A stretch of 64,000 nucleotides of DNA from assembly GCA_963754945.1 (NCBI GenBank), contig CAVWIG010000017.1:64001-128000 (forward strand). The letters are read 5' to 3'. The position numbers and the translations under genes were made by a program. Shown here in pieces: positions 10,728 to 22,090 of the stretch (its first letter is position 1; each line of letters opens with the position of its first letter). The notes under the pieces were generated by a model. That model searched no databases. It was given only the letters and a program-made list of their open reading frames with translations, and had not been told where the DNA came from. Source of the stretch: Methanotrichaceae archaeon. GTDB lineage: Archaea; Halobacteriota; Methanosarcinia; Methanotrichales; Methanotrichaceae.

Positions 10728-10913
10728 TCAGAAAGCTTAGGCTCAAGATTCCGGTCATATCCATAGCTAAAAGTTAAGAGGGAGGGACGAAAAGGCATCG
10801 CTCTTCATCCATGAGACAAGGATGATGCTAACAGGTTCGCCATCCCCTAAAATCGGCTGCTCAGACAGAAGGCGGTCATAAAAAAATAATCGAATATCAC
10901 GAGTATTTGATCT

Positions 10914-11438
10914 TCAACCCTTTTGGCCTATCTTTTTGGCCTTCTCTACTATGCTTTTAATGAAATCTGTCTTAGCATTCGCATAGACGACCATGTCGTG
11001 ACCGTATCTCTCAGCCAGATCAAGCTTCAGCTCATAATATCTCCTGGCATCCTCCGGATGAACCCTGAGCCAGTCTCTGAAGATGATGTGCTTTAGATGA
11101 AAATCGCTATCATACTTGATCAGATGCAAGTGAAAGCGAACCCCTCCGGCAATACGGCAAGCGCAGTAGAACCAGTCAGAGTCCTCTCCCCGGCTTATGT
11201 GGATATATCCCAAGGGCTTTATTACCTCAAGGATCTCATCTGTGGTCTTTTTGTCCGTCACTCCAACAATAATATCTATTATCGCCTTGGCTCCCAGGCC
11301 CGGGACCGATGTGCTGCCTATGTGATCCATGGAGAGAATCTTTTCGCCGACAGCTTCATGGATAAAGCATCTCTCAGCCTCATATTGCTGCGGCCAGAGG
11401 GGATCATACGGGACTAGTTTTACTGACATCGATAGCAC
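10914..11438 (-). CDS. GrpB family (UPF0157) nucleotidyltransferase-like protein
   Basis: YDPLWP, HIGSTSVPGLGAKAIIDI, FRDWLR, Y..LK, YANAKT. Confidence 0.9.
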   Translation of the reverse strand: MLSMSVKLVPYDPLWPQQYEAERCFIHEAVGEKILSMDHIGSTSVPGLGAKAIIDIIVGVTDKKTTDEILEVIKPLGYIHISRGEDSDWFYCACRIAGGVRFHLHLIKYDSDFHLKHIIFRDWLRVHPEDARRYYELKLDLAERYGHDMVVYANAKTDFIKSIVEKAKKIGQKG

Positions 11439-12131
11439 TCAGTATTTTCTCTCTTCATAGGATAAAATACAGGCAGATTCCGGGTTCAGGTCACAAATAT
11501 ACTGGTTTGAACTCAAAATTGACCAACTCAACTAAATTTGAGGATAATAAAACTCGAATTAAATATCTTGAAAAGTAATTACAATCGATTGGAATGGTTA
11601 AAACTAAAAAAAATCCATTCTGAAAGAGATGGATAATATCTTTCAACGTAGTGGTACCTTAAGTACCATGACCGTCGTACTTGCTTGTGGCAAGTTTAAT
11701 CCCGATGACCATCGTGAATTAAACGTGCCGGCAGTAGAACTTTTGGCTTTCAGTGTAGAATGCCTTTCTCAACAATGGTTTCTCCCAAAAAGTTTTATGG
11801 TGGACACCTCCGAAATACACGTGAGGGCATTTCCTACTCATTGGTGAACTCTATGCCTAGATCAAACAAAACTCCTGAAGAACATGCCCGTGAAAAATGG
11901 GCAAGAAGACACGCTACCTTGAAACGTTTCGCAACTCTGCGATCTGCTGAAGAAAGAGTTCTATGACTCTATGTAAGTATTTGTGAAATGTCATAGAACT
12001 TTCTTCCTAATCGCATCCAATTTTTTTAAAAATCGTAAATCCGAATCAACAGCACCATGCTTTAAACATCATCCAGATATATCTTGTGTAAGAGCCTTAT
12101 TCATATGGGGCGTTGATAACGAATCTTGCTT

Positions 12132-12430
12132 TCATAATTCCGCTCCACTCCTAAAAAAGAGCGCCAATAGCAACATCGAGCCTGGAGCGGTGACGATCCA
12201 CGGTAAACCGAGAAGCAGTAAAGTCGCGGAAAAATTCGGATAAAAATATACTATGACAAACAGGGGGATAATTAAGCCATTAGCCAGGAAAAACCACCTG
12301 AGCCACTTCTGCTGCCCTTAAGGCAAAGAGAACAGCCGCATGGCTCCAAAACCTCTTCTCGTCTGGTGTCACATAGTGAAGTGCAAGCAAAGCGAGCATA
12401 AATGGCGTTGCAATCAAGTATCGTGGCAGG
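12132..12430 (-). pseudogene. Fragmented membrane protein gene
   Basis: Hydrophobic pieces ALLALHYVTPDEKRFWSHAAVLFA and WLRWFFLANGLIIPLFVIVYFYPNFSATLLLLGLPW in different frames; 5' part lost next to the IS66 remnant. Confidence 0.5.
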
Positions 12431-12438
12431 ACTTATTT

Positions 12439-13088
12439 TCAGCCATACAGTCTCTTCAGAGCGTCTTGGATTTTTCTGTGGGGCAGTCTATCTTCATATC
12501 TGAATAGTGTCGCCAGTGAGATTATGTTGTTACCAAATTTACCTTCATGTGGGCAGTCAGAATTGCCTGCAACAACTTCTTTTTGGCAGCAGGGGCATCT
12601 GTAAATGCGAAATTTTGTATTCAGTGATGGTGATTGGTTGAGGTTCCGGAATTTCTTCAATAATCTTCGAATCAATTCGGAATGGAAGGCTAAGCTCTGC
12701 TCCGCAATTTGGACAAAGATCCATTGTAACTTTCACTTGCCGATCTGGAGTCGCATAAGGTCTTGTTAAACCTTTGTGCCCAATCTTTTGACCGGGATTT
12801 CCCTTGAGGTTCTTATCCTGACCTATTTTTCGATTCCGCCCTCGTCTTAGACTTGGTGGAGTATGTGCATTCTCATATTGAGCTAATCGGGATTCAAGTT
12901 CTCGTATTTTTGCCTTAAGCAACTCATTCTCACGCTTTAAAAGCTCATTCTGTTCCCGAAGTTGCTTATTGATCTCTCCTTCGTCCATACTCTCAATTGA
13001 GGATTATTATCGTTACATTATTTAATTTTTCTGATCAAAATGGTTTTAGGCAATTTTGGATGAATTCACGAGGGAGCTAAACACATAC
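12439..13088 (-). mobile_element. IS66-family (single-ORF, ISBst12-like) left-end remnant with frameshifted, truncated transposase
   Basis: End GTATGTGTTTAGCT at 13088; coiled coil, TPPS, PGQKIGHKG, CPNCG..YRCPCC zinc finger; +1 frameshift at 12603-12605. Confidence 0.8.
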
Positions 13089-13374
13089 AAATTTTCTAGT
13101 AATTTTCCCTCCCGCACCTAATCATCATGGTTGTACATGCAATTTTCTTTGAATATAAGTGTTCTCAGCACAGAGAGCTTATGCGATAGAAGGGATGATA
13201 GATTGAAGGTCGCTGTCATTGGCGGTGGCATTGTAGGCGCAGAATTCTGAGGAATGCTCTGCCCGGCCCTTTCGAGATCACGCGGATCGAGCCAAAGCAG
13301 CAGATAGAGTGCCAGGCCCTTTATATAGAGTGCTTGGCGGGCATGGTAGGAATTACCGGTAATAAGTTCCAAGT

Positions 13375-13497
13375 TGCAAGCAGCGGGGCATGTTCCCGCC
13401 GACACATAAAAATGCTCTACGAAAGCTGAAGCATCCTTAAGTTGGACTTATGCCATTTATCCCAGCCACAGCAAGCTGCGGGGTATTACGTTTTAAA
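13375..13497. mobile_element. Partial copy of the 151-bp hairpin MITE
   Basis: Close match to the reverse complement of 58192-58316. Confidence 0.8.
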
Positions 13498-13580
13498 CCC
13501 ACATGATTCGGTGACTCATACATGGAGAATGAAAATCGATATCGTACGTGACATTTTCATGGGAAAATAAAAAAAGAGGC

Positions 13581-14168
13581 TTAAAGCCCTGTTGCACGGG
13601 CTAGCTTCATGCTTGTGTTCTCTTCGTAGTTGCCCTCGACCAGCACTGCAATGGTTTTGTTGTTCCAGAGGAATAGGTACTGGATTCCGTTTTCCCCGGT
13701 TATCCTTCCAATCTCTGTCGTCTCGTGGCCATTTACTGTCGCCGATGTTATCAGTGATTTGTTTCCGCGAAGCATCCAAGTGTTGCTTGATTTAAAGTTC
13801 TCGAGATAATTTGAGACTGCTGCTTTCGCGTGATCTTCATCTTTTAGGGCAATCAGAGTCACCTTTGCATCGCCGTTAAAAGCTCCCAAGCTAGACTGAT
13901 TATATCGAGCAAGAGTGGCATTTACCGAACCTATATCTTTTGTACCGTAGAACTCCTTTATCTCCCCTGTCATGTTCAACCCTTGTAAGGATTTATCCTC
14001 GATTACAATCAGCTTGAATCCTTCAGGTAGTTTTTCTCCCTGAGGAAGGTAGCTCTTGAGGGAATCCGTCCCCATTTTATCTTGGGCAATACAACCCGAT
14101 ACAACCAGCAACGCTACGGCTGTTAACAATACGCAAGTCGTGTACTTTGGTTTCATTGGTTCCTCCAT
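13581..14168 (-). CDS. Hypothetical secreted lipoprotein
   Basis: Signal peptide ending in lipobox-like VSGC. Confidence 0.75.
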   Translation of the reverse strand: MEEPMKPKYTTCVLLTAVALLVVSGCIAQDKMGTDSLKSYLPQGEKLPEGFKLIVIEDKSLQGLNMTGEIKEFYGTKDIGSVNATLARYNQSSLGAFNGDAKVTLIALKDEDHAKAAVSNYLENFKSSNTWMLRGNKSLITSATVNGHETTEIGRITGENGIQYLFLWNNKTIAVLVEGNYEENTSMKLARATGL

Positions 14169-14480
14169 GCCTTTTATCCGAAAGAAAGCTATTGAAGCTT
14201 AACGACATCATGATAGCCGAGCTGAGATAAGACGATTTCGGAGCGGAGTCACTTCAAAGATTATAAATCAAGAGAGCACGGAGAAACTAACCAACGGCGA
14301 TTGTTGTTTCTTTGCGATTTCTTCAAGCCAGAAAATATTGACGACGAGATGGAGAGCTTTGGTAGGAGGGACCAACCAAACTCTCCAGAGGCAAAAGCCT
14401 CGAGTCGTCACTTCACTACCACTCCAATGTTTCGTGGTAGGCTAACTAATATTTTATGCATTGAAGGTATTTAACTTTTT

Positions 14481-14520
14481 GTATGTGTTTAGCTGGTTAG
14501 CTTTGCCGTTAGCATTTGGA
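14481..14520 (-). mobile_element. IS66-like right-end remnant
   Basis: GTATGTGTTTAGCT terminus; minus strand reads QMLTAKLTS-stop running into the inverted repeat. Confidence 0.5.
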
Positions 14521-15069
14521 GACAACTTTTTTTTATGGGTCGTGGATCATCACCCCGGACCATTATATAAATAAAATTATATAATTATTTGTACTAACCT
14601 TAAGTAGAGCGGAAGAAGCATGGATGCTGTTTTATGCCTCACAACTCTGCCGGTTCTAGATGGCCCTCAAAGGAGCACTCAGTATTGAAAAGGATTGAAG
14701 AATGAATCGAAACGCTACTAATGTGCCTGTTAGGAAATAATGCTTGACCGGCGCGATTACCTCGAACTCTTTAGCCGAACCAATGACAAAACCCGATAGG
14801 GATCTAAGCTTATGCCTCCTAGACCAAGCGCATCACGCTATCTGTTGGCACCACGGCGATGACAAAAGAAGGGGGCTGGATTCAGCGGCCTCGTGACGAG
14901 CTTCGCCTACCGAAGGACGGCTGAAGGGTTTCCTAATGGCTGCCTGACCATACGGTCTCTCACCGAACCCACCTCCCGTTTCACACCTAGCACGGTCGTC
15001 TCCTCTTACGAGGTTGACGAGGCCTGAGAGGGGCGTGGGCCGCGCCCTTCAGCAAAAGGACGAAGAGCA

Positions 15070-15202
15070 TACAAGGCAAGGTCGCGACCTTCCACTTCAC
15101 GATAAGGCAGAGACCACCCCTGGCAACAGTTGGATTTGTGAGAAATGCCTTGAAGCCGGAATGGGCGGCTACATCAGCAAGCCCGTGAGGATAGCGAATT
15201 AG
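15070..15202 (+). pseudogene. Degenerate hybrid histidine kinase/receiver fragments
   Basis: GKVATFHFTI (HATPase end) and EKCLEAGMGGYISKPV (receiver end) in different frames. Confidence 0.5.
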
Positions 15203-15437
15203 CAGATATTGAGAAATATCAGGAGTCTCAGATTGGGTCATGAATCACTTTTGATCCAAAATCGAACTCAATAAAAATCTTTGACGCCTTGACGAGATCC
15301 TTTCTGGCTGGCATAATCTTTGGAAAGGGGAATGTTCCCAGAATATATAGTTACTTATGCAATATTTTTATGGATTGATATCTCCATAAAAAATCTTATA
15401 TAAATAAGAGTACTAGTAGATATTAAGCCTACTCATA

Positions 15438-15833
15438 GTGAAACTAGGAGGGAGTATCGTCACTCATCTGCGTATCTTGCTAGCTGAAGATAACGAATTA
15501 AATCAAAAAGTAACTCTGGCTATGCTCAAACATCTGGGCTACAAAGCATGTACGGCACTAAATGGCATTGAAGTGTTGCATGCACTTGAGCGTCGGCGAT
15601 ATGACTTGATTCTAATGAACATAGGTATGCCGCTATTGGATGGTATAGGAGCCACATGGGAGATCCGCAGGCGCTGGCCGAATGGACCCAGGATTGTGGC
15701 CCTCACTGCTCGTGTCCTTCCTGAAATGAAAGAGAAATGCTTCGAAGCTGGTATGGATGATTACATTGCAAAGCCGGTGCAGCTTAGAGAGCTTGCCGAG
15801 GTCCTGAAGAAGTGTAACCTGGAGGCCCAATAA
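15438..15833 (+). CDS. Single-domain response regulator receiver with the phosphoacceptor Asp replaced by Asn
   Basis: ILLAEDN, DLILMNIGMP, ALTA, GMDDYIAKP. Confidence 0.88.
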   Translation: MKLGGSIVTHLRILLAEDNELNQKVTLAMLKHLGYKACTALNGIEVLHALERRRYDLILMNIGMPLLDGIGATWEIRRRWPNGPRIVALTARVLPEMKEKCFEAGMDDYIAKPVQLRELAEVLKKCNLEAQ

Positions 15834-16051
15834 ATCGGAGAATCGAGGATACCGCGAGGGCTAATGAAGATACGAGACCCCCATATATTTGCGGTCAAGG
15901 AAATGGCCGGAGCCTTGACGGGGTAGAAGGGCTTGGCCAGCTTCTACCGGCTCATTGTGCCGAAAGGCTGGAGGTTGAGCTGGGCTTGAGCTCCAAGCTC
16001 GGCGACGCGGATTGGACCGACCAAGGGGGATGGTCTAATTCCAGCCTCTAT

Positions 16052-16912
16052 TCATACCGTCAAAGTATAGCTACCCCCGCAATTATAGGTTTTCGTCTGC
16101 GAATAGCTGAATCCTTGGCTATATACCTTTATCGTGTGCTGCTGGTTTCCTGAGACGGTGAAGCTGAAGGTGCCATCGGAATAGTCACCACTCTGGCCGT
16201 CGCCACCTATGTAATTCCCATCAACGTAGACAGAGTAGCCTGTCATCCAATTAGATATGACGATTACCTGGGCATTGCATCCAGGGGTTGGCGGATAAGG
16301 CGTTGGGGGGTAAGGTGTCGGAGGGTATGGCGAAGGCGGAGAGGGAGTCGGACTTGGCCCCGGATAATAGGGAGAGCCGTAGACATAGACGTAAATGTAG
16401 TTGCTCCAGCCACTGCAGTAATACTGCAGAGTGTGCCAACCGGCAGCATCTCCATAGAACCACATCTTCTGCCAGCCGGGATAGCGCACATTGGATAGGT
16501 ATTGACTAACCAGTCTTCCGCTCGGATACCACTCATAGCTGTACAGAGGACCCGATCCTACCACGTTAAGCCACATAGGTAGCCACTGGCCGAAGTTACA
16601 GCCTGCCACGGTAGAGGAGGGAGCGGGGATATAGAACTGGTTTGGCACGGAGACCCCCTGAGGTAAAACCATCTGGCTACTTGCAGGAGCAACCGCCCCT
16701 AATCTCGGTGCTGCGGATCTGGCGGAGGACTCCGTAGTGGCCAGGAGCGATTTTCCGCTTTCCGATGGAGGTGGAGACTGGACGCTGGCCCCGGCCTGGG
16801 GAGTTTGGAGTCCCAGAGATTCCGCGCTAGGGGGAGAAGACGGTGTCGGCTGACCCCATGCCCCCGCGATCAGGAGCATAAAGAGCAGCGCTGTAGCTAA
16901 AATCTTCTTCAT
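16052..16912 (-). CDS. Secreted/surface protein with Pro-rich linker
   Basis: Signal peptide MKKILATALLFMLLIAGAWG; (PYPPT)x3; C-terminal beta-rich PEGA-like segment. Confidence 0.75.
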   Translation of the reverse strand: MKKILATALLFMLLIAGAWGQPTPSSPPSAESLGLQTPQAGASVQSPPPSESGKSLLATTESSARSAAPRLGAVAPASSQMVLPQGVSVPNQFYIPAPSSTVAGCNFGQWLPMWLNVVGSGPLYSYEWYPSGRLVSQYLSNVRYPGWQKMWFYGDAAGWHTLQYYCSGWSNYIYVYVYGSPYYPGPSPTPSPPSPYPPTPYPPTPYPPTPGCNAQVIVISNWMTGYSVYVDGNYIGGDGQSGDYSDGTFSFTVSGNQQHTIKVYSQGFSYSQTKTYNCGGSYTLTV

Positions 16913-16956
16913 CTTTTGGCCTCTTAATATTTCTTTAGCTTGTTTGAGATTCTTAT

Positions 16957-17634
16957 TCAATGAAACTTTTCAGGGAACTGCAGGATTATGCCGTTAGCTA
17001 GAGAATCGGACATGAGGTTAGCTTGCTCTTCGATCCTGTCCGTGGTATTAATGGATGCAGTGTAATCTTTATTTAACAGCTCATTGGTCACCTTCTCTGT
17101 AAGATTAATATGCTCATACCACATGGCTTTCCTATCGGTGAGCGAGAGCGATGGAATAGTGGTATTTTCGAAGAAGGCTATTTCGTCCGTATTCTTGTAC
17201 CACCTGCTATTGGCATTCTTCAATGCCGTCTGGTTTCCATCTTTGGTTGCGGTAGCAAGCTCCAGGGTGGTGTTGAGATTCTCCTCGATTAGAGCACCGT
17301 ATTTGCCGGCGGCCTCTTTTCCCAGGTAGGGAATAAGGGTCTCGGAGATATCCTTAGAGGTTCTCAATAATCTATTGATGACCGGACCTTTCTCCCCACC
17401 GCCCTGGATAATAGCTGTGATGGCCATTCTGGTCCAGAACACCTTCTCTTGCCCTACAGTTCTTAATTGCAGCCATATGCTCTCCTCGACGGGAGTTACG
17501 ACCACGTCTGTCTGATTGATCTGTCCGACGATAACCGGCTCTAATTCAGCGGTCAAGTTCCCTGCAACTGAGCAGAATCCCGGTGCTGCGATCAGCACCA
17601 AGGCTAGCACTGTTAGTAAGGGTTTTTTTAGCAT
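16957..17634 (-). CDS. Secreted alpha-helical hypothetical protein
   Basis: Signal peptide; FWTR, WYKNTDEIA, MWYEHINLT motifs; C-terminal QFPEKF. Confidence 0.75.
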   Translation of the reverse strand: MLKKPLLTVLALVLIAAPGFCSVAGNLTAELEPVIVGQINQTDVVVTPVEESIWLQLRTVGQEKVFWTRMAITAIIQGGGEKGPVINRLLRTSKDISETLIPYLGKEAAGKYGALIEENLNTTLELATATKDGNQTALKNANSRWYKNTDEIAFFENTTIPSLSLTDRKAMWYEHINLTEKVTNELLNKDYTASINTTDRIEEQANLMSDSLANGIILQFPEKFH

Positions 17635-17885
17635 AAAACATCCGTAAAATATTCGTATTAGTAGTATTTAACAATTGCGCGATCTAGCTCATTTCATGTC
17701 TTTCCGAAGATGTAAGAGTCAAAAATAATGAGAACACACCAACTTTACTTCGGTGTGCTCCAAGTCACAGCAGTGTTCCCTGGGAGTCGAATCCAATTGA
17801 AGCTAAAGACATAGGCCCCAGAATACAAGGGATCACAACTTTTTTCGAAAACGTCTTTTCCTCATCCTCTTAGGATTGAAAAAAA

Positions 17886-18278
17886 TCATTTCACTATGGA
17901 GATGGGATAGATCTTACGACTTCCAATGGTGCCGTTTTCCCACGGCTGAAGGTAAAGCATGGTCAATACTGTATCGCCAGTACTTTTAGGAACAAAGGTG
18001 AATACTTCCCTTCCAGGAACCCCGACCATTACAGTGCTTTTATCTCCTTGGACATAGGTGGCACTTACCAAGTTCACGTATTGAGGGTCGAAGCTTGTCC
18101 ACCAATTAAAACCCGTCGACATGGGGTTGGATTCAACAGAGACGATGAACTCCTTTCCAAGGGTGGCATTGACAGCTTTTTCGCATGGGGCATTATCGCA
18201 GATGCTACTTGCAGAAACTGCACCAATTAAGAAAAAGGCTAAAGCCAGAAGTTTAATTGCACATCTACCCATTCTCAC
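17886..18278 (-). CDS. Protease inhibitor I42 (chagasin) family protein
   Basis: ESNPMSTGFNW, VGVPG.E.FTF, YLQPWE motifs plus signal peptide. Confidence 0.85.
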   Translation of the reverse strand: MRMGRCAIKLLALAFFLIGAVSASSICDNAPCEKAVNATLGKEFIVSVESNPMSTGFNWWTSFDPQYVNLVSATYVQGDKSTVMVGVPGREVFTFVPKSTGDTVLTMLYLQPWENGTIGSRKIYPISIVK

Positions 18279-18325
18279 GACCTCTTCTAATAATGCTGCG
18301 ATGCATCTATTTAAAAATTGCCTTA

Positions 18326-18378
18326 GTCAAACGAGCGGCGACACACCCTGCAACAGAGCTGTGGGGTATTACGATAAA
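18326..18378. repeat. Mini copy of the hairpin element family
   Basis: GTCAAACG...CCCTGCAACAGAGCTGTGGGGTATTACGATAAA, similar to 4007-4058. Confidence 0.6.
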
Positions 18379-18827
18379 ATAAGCTTAGGAAGTCTGGTCA
18401 TGAGGACCGATGGTGGGATATAACTTCCGTCAAGAGCCACATGCTCGGCCCTAAAACTTAAAGCCCAAGGCAGGTTCCAGTTGTTAAGCCACCAGACGGA
18501 GGACAGAAGGGGAGCTGGCTGAGTGTTTAGGTTTAGCTTGGATATTCAATAAGGAAAAGGTAAAGGACGTTTGGTGACCTGTGGTTCCAGAGAAAAATCA
18601 AAGCGAGTAAATGATAACGATATTTTTTGCCAAATAATCAGGCTTATCGATTACGTTGCGCCTCGATCACCGAGATCTCTTTCCAATTTTGAGACATCGC
18701 GATATTCATTTATTCTCGATGATGCAGCCCCTGATTAACACCTTCGAGCTTGGGATGATAGGCGTTTAAAAAGGATTAAGTCTAACCTGTTCATCTCCTG
18801 AAGATAATAAACCAACGAGTAACTAAA

Positions 18828-21761
18828 ATGAAATCCATCAAAATCAAAGGTGCTCGTGAGCACAACCTGAAGAACATCACGGTAGAGCTCCCTAGAGACA
18901 AGTTCATCGTCATCACAGGCGTCTCAGGCTCCGGCAAGTCCACCCTTGCCTTTGACACCATATATGCGGAGGGGCAGCGTCGTTACGTGGAGTCGTTGTC
19001 AGCCTATGCCCGCCAGTTCCTTGGGCAGATGGACAAGCCAGACGTCGACAGCATCGAAGGCTTATCCCCCGCTATATCCATCGAGCAGAAGACGACGTCG
19101 AAAAACCCCCGCAGCACTGTGGGAACGGTAACAGAGATATATGATTACCTGCGCCTGCTATTTGCAAGGATCGGCGTGCCACACTGTCCCGAACATGACA
19201 TCATGATCGAGTCTCAGTCTCCAGATAGGATTGCAGACAGCGTACTTGCAGAAGTCGGTAAGGCAGGCGGTGACAGACAGGTCACGATCCTGGCCCCGGT
19301 GATCCGCCAGAAAAAGGGAACCTATGGTCAGCTCTTCAAAGACCTGAACAGCGAAGGCTTCGCAAGAGTAAGGGTGAACGGTGAGATCCGAAGAACCGAT
19401 GAGGATATCGAACTCGATCGCTACAAGAAGCACGATATCGAGGTAGTCATCGATAGGCTGGACCCGGCCGAAGACAGATCTAGGCTAGTCGAGGCAATTG
19501 AGAATGCCCTCAAGAAAACCGAAGGGCTAGTTAATATTCTGAATGCAGAAAACGGTGAACGGCTTTACTCCTCCAAGATGGCCTGTCCTGTCTGTGGAAT
19601 GGCATTTGAGGAGCTGCAGCCTCGCATGTTCTCTTTCAACAGCCCATTTGGGGCCTGCGAGGCTTGCAACGGTCTGGGCATTCGCATGGAGTTCGATCCC
19701 GGTCTGATAATCCCGGACAAGGAGATGTGTATAGCGGACGGTGCAGTGGCCCTTTACCGAAACGCCATCGACGGATGGCGAGGGCAGCACCTGGCGGCAG
19801 TGGCCAAGCACTTCGACTTCGACATCTTCACTCCAATTCAAAACCTGACAGAGGAACAGTATAGAGCTCTCATGTACGGCTCAAATGATCGCATCCAATT
19901 CAGCATGAGCATGAAGAACGGGGATGCCTATTGGTCCCATAATGCTAGCTGGGAAGGGCTAATCCCACAGTCTGTGAGGCTATATGGGCAGACCAACTCC
20001 GAATACCGACGGGAGGAGCTTGAAAAGTTCATGAGGGTTCTGCCCTGTCCCAAATGCGATGGAAAACGCCTGAAAGAGAAGGTGCTGGCCGTAAGAATTG
20101 CTGAAAAGTCCATTGTGGATGTAACCGATCTATCAGTCAGAGAATGCATCTCATTTTTCGAAAGGCTGGAGTCAAGGCTTTCCGGAAAAGAGAAAGAGAT
20201 TGCCCGGCAGGTCCTTAAAGAGATCCACTCACGCCTTGGCTTCCTTGAGCATGTCGGCCTTGGATACTTGACTCTATCAAGAAACGCGGGCACTCTTTCT
20301 GGCGGCGAAGCCCAGAGGATCAGGCTGGCCACACAGATCGGTTCGAACCTGACCGGCGTGCTTTACGTCCTGGACGAGCCCTCCATTGGACTGCACCAGC
20401 GAGACAACACGCGATTGATCAAGACTCTGAAGGAGCTTAGAGACTTGGGCAATACACTGATCGTTGTCGAGCACGACGAGGAGACCATCCGAAGCGCCGA
20501 TCACGTCCTGGACATCGGTCCAGGTGCCGGCATACATGGTGGATATCTGGTTGCCCAAGGAATTCCTGAGGAGATCGAAAGGAACCCTGCATCCCTTACA
20601 GGTCAGTACCTCTCAGGGAAAAAGCGGATCGATACTCCGTCTATGCGCAGGAAGAGCGATTCTTTTATCCGCATCAGAGGATGCCGGGAGAACAACCTGA
20701 AGAACATCGATGCCTGCATCCCCATTGGCGTCTTGACTGTGGTTACCGGGGTATCGGGCTCGGGAAAGTCAACGCTGATTCACGATACTCTCTACCAGGC
20801 TCTGATGAAGAGGATCAACGGATCGTCGGTGACGCCTGGCGAGTATGACGAGCTTTGCTTTGACTCAGAGATCGACAAAGTCATTGTGATCGACCAGAGC
20901 CCAATTGGTAGGACTCCCCGCTCCAACCCTGCGACCTACACCAAGGTCTTTGACGCCATCCGCCAGGCGTTTTCGGGAACCAAGGAGTCCAAAGTAAGAG
21001 GGTACAAGGGTGGGCGCTTCTCCTTCAACGTGCACGGGGGAAGGTGTGAAGCCTGCCAGGGCGAAGGGCTGATCAAGATCGAGATGAACTTCCTGCCGGA
21101 CGTCTACATCGAGTGTGATGAGTGCAAAGGCACTCGGTACAACCGTGAAACCTTGGAGGTCAAGTACAAAGGCAGGTCCATAGCCGAGGTCCTGGACATG
21201 ACAGTTGAGGAGGCAAGGGATCACTTCAAGAACATCCCCTTCATCAAGAACAAACTCGATACTCTAGTTGAGGTGGGGCTAGACTACATCAAGCTGGGCC
21301 AGAGCTCCACCACCCTCTCCGGTGGAGAAGCCCAGAGAATCAAGTTAACAAGGGAGCTGTCCAAGAAGGCAACTGGCAGAACCATTTACCTTCTGGACGA
21401 GCCGACAACTGGCTTACACTTCGACGATGTGAAGAAGCTGATCGCAGTCCTGAACGACTTGGTCGAAAAAGGAAATACAGTAGTAGTAATCGAGCACAAC
21501 CTGGATGTAATCAAGTCTGCTGACTACATCATCGATCTGGGACCGGAGGGCGGGGACGAGGGAGGACGGATTGTGGCGGCGGGGACGCCTGAAGAAGTTG
21601 CAATGATCTCTGAAAGCCATACTGGAATGTTTCTAATGCCCAAGCTTTTTGAACAAACAGGATCAGGATCAGCGATTCAATCATCGAGAAAATGGTCATC
21701 GAAATCGAAAATGCAGGTAGGGGTACGCGAAGGAAACGAATTAAAGCTCAGCTCTAAGTGA
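18828..21761 (+). CDS. uvrA: Excinuclease ABC subunit A
   Basis: GAREHNLKN, two GVSGSGKS Walker A motifs, zinc fingers, LSGGEAQRI x2. Confidence 0.98.
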   Translation: MKSIKIKGAREHNLKNITVELPRDKFIVITGVSGSGKSTLAFDTIYAEGQRRYVESLSAYARQFLGQMDKPDVDSIEGLSPAISIEQKTTSKNPRSTVGTVTEIYDYLRLLFARIGVPHCPEHDIMIESQSPDRIADSVLAEVGKAGGDRQVTILAPVIRQKKGTYGQLFKDLNSEGFARVRVNGEIRRTDEDIELDRYKKHDIEVVIDRLDPAEDRSRLVEAIENALKKTEGLVNILNAENGERLYSSKMACPVCGMAFEELQPRMFSFNSPFGACEACNGLGIRMEFDPGLIIPDKEMCIADGAVALYRNAIDGWRGQHLAAVAKHFDFDIFTPIQNLTEEQYRALMYGSNDRIQFSMSMKNGDAYWSHNASWEGLIPQSVRLYGQTNSEYRREELEKFMRVLPCPKCDGKRLKEKVLAVRIAEKSIVDVTDLSVRECISFFERLESRLSGKEKEIARQVLKEIHSRLGFLEHVGLGYLTLSRNAGTLSGGEAQRIRLATQIGSNLTGVLYVLDEPSIGLHQRDNTRLIKTLKELRDLGNTLIVVEHDEETIRSADHVLDIGPGAGIHGGYLVAQGIPEEIERNPASLTGQYLSGKKRIDTPSMRRKSDSFIRIRGCRENNLKNIDACIPIGVLTVVTGVSGSGKSTLIHDTLYQALMKRINGSSVTPGEYDELCFDSEIDKVIVIDQSPIGRTPRSNPATYTKVFDAIRQAFSGTKESKVRGYKGGRFSFNVHGGRCEACQGEGLIKIEMNFLPDVYIECDECKGTRYNRETLEVKYKGRSIAEVLDMTVEEARDHFKNIPFIKNKLDTLVEVGLDYIKLGQSSTTLSGGEAQRIKLTRELSKKATGRTIYLLDEPTTGLHFDDVKKLIAVLNDLVEKGNTVVVIEHNLDVIKSADYIIDLGPEGGDEGGRIVAAGTPEEVAMISESHTGMFLMPKLFEQTGSGSAIQSSRKWSSKSKMQVGVREGNELKLSSK

Positions 21762-22090
21762 TCTAATGTTTAAATCCGCCAGGAGGGCGGATATGAACTG
21801 CTTTATTGTTGCACGTATAAGGAACGTCCAAAAAGCCAGTAATGCACGACGGGCCTACAAAGATATAACGTTCCCGTTGCAACTCTCTAGGAGGGCCAAT
21901 CGAGGAACGGATGGCATCAGCCGTGTCAGATCGGCAGCGGACTAGGTCTGAAGGATTGAAGGATATCGAGTTGGTCTGTAGGACGACACCTGCTGCAAGG
22001 TGAAGGTATTCATTTTAGAACAACCCCGGATCTTCCACCCCTATTATGGACAGGGTTTTATGCTTGTAATGGCCTATTGTTTTATCTTCC

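Larger units (their letters stand above)
8763..10850 (+). pseudogene. uvrC: Degenerate uvrC fragment interrupted by IS1634
   Basis: Left flank IVIDG..GQLSSAFQEIR joins right flank KLRLKIPVISIAK...KASLFIHE..DDANRFAI (UvrC RNase H-like IDGGxGQL, IPVI..AK, RDEAHRFAI motifs), with frameshifts and stops. Confidence 0.7.

Noticed and set aside
13203-13250. LKVAVIGGGIVG Rossmann-like stub
   Set aside because: Only 15 codons; family cannot be assigned
13089-14480. Segment between two IS66-like ends as a composite or MITE
   Set aside because: The ends face outward and no target duplication is present
17731-17800. Hairpin followed by GAGTCGAATCC (tRNA T-loop-like)
   Set aside because: No cloverleaf or acceptor stem can be built
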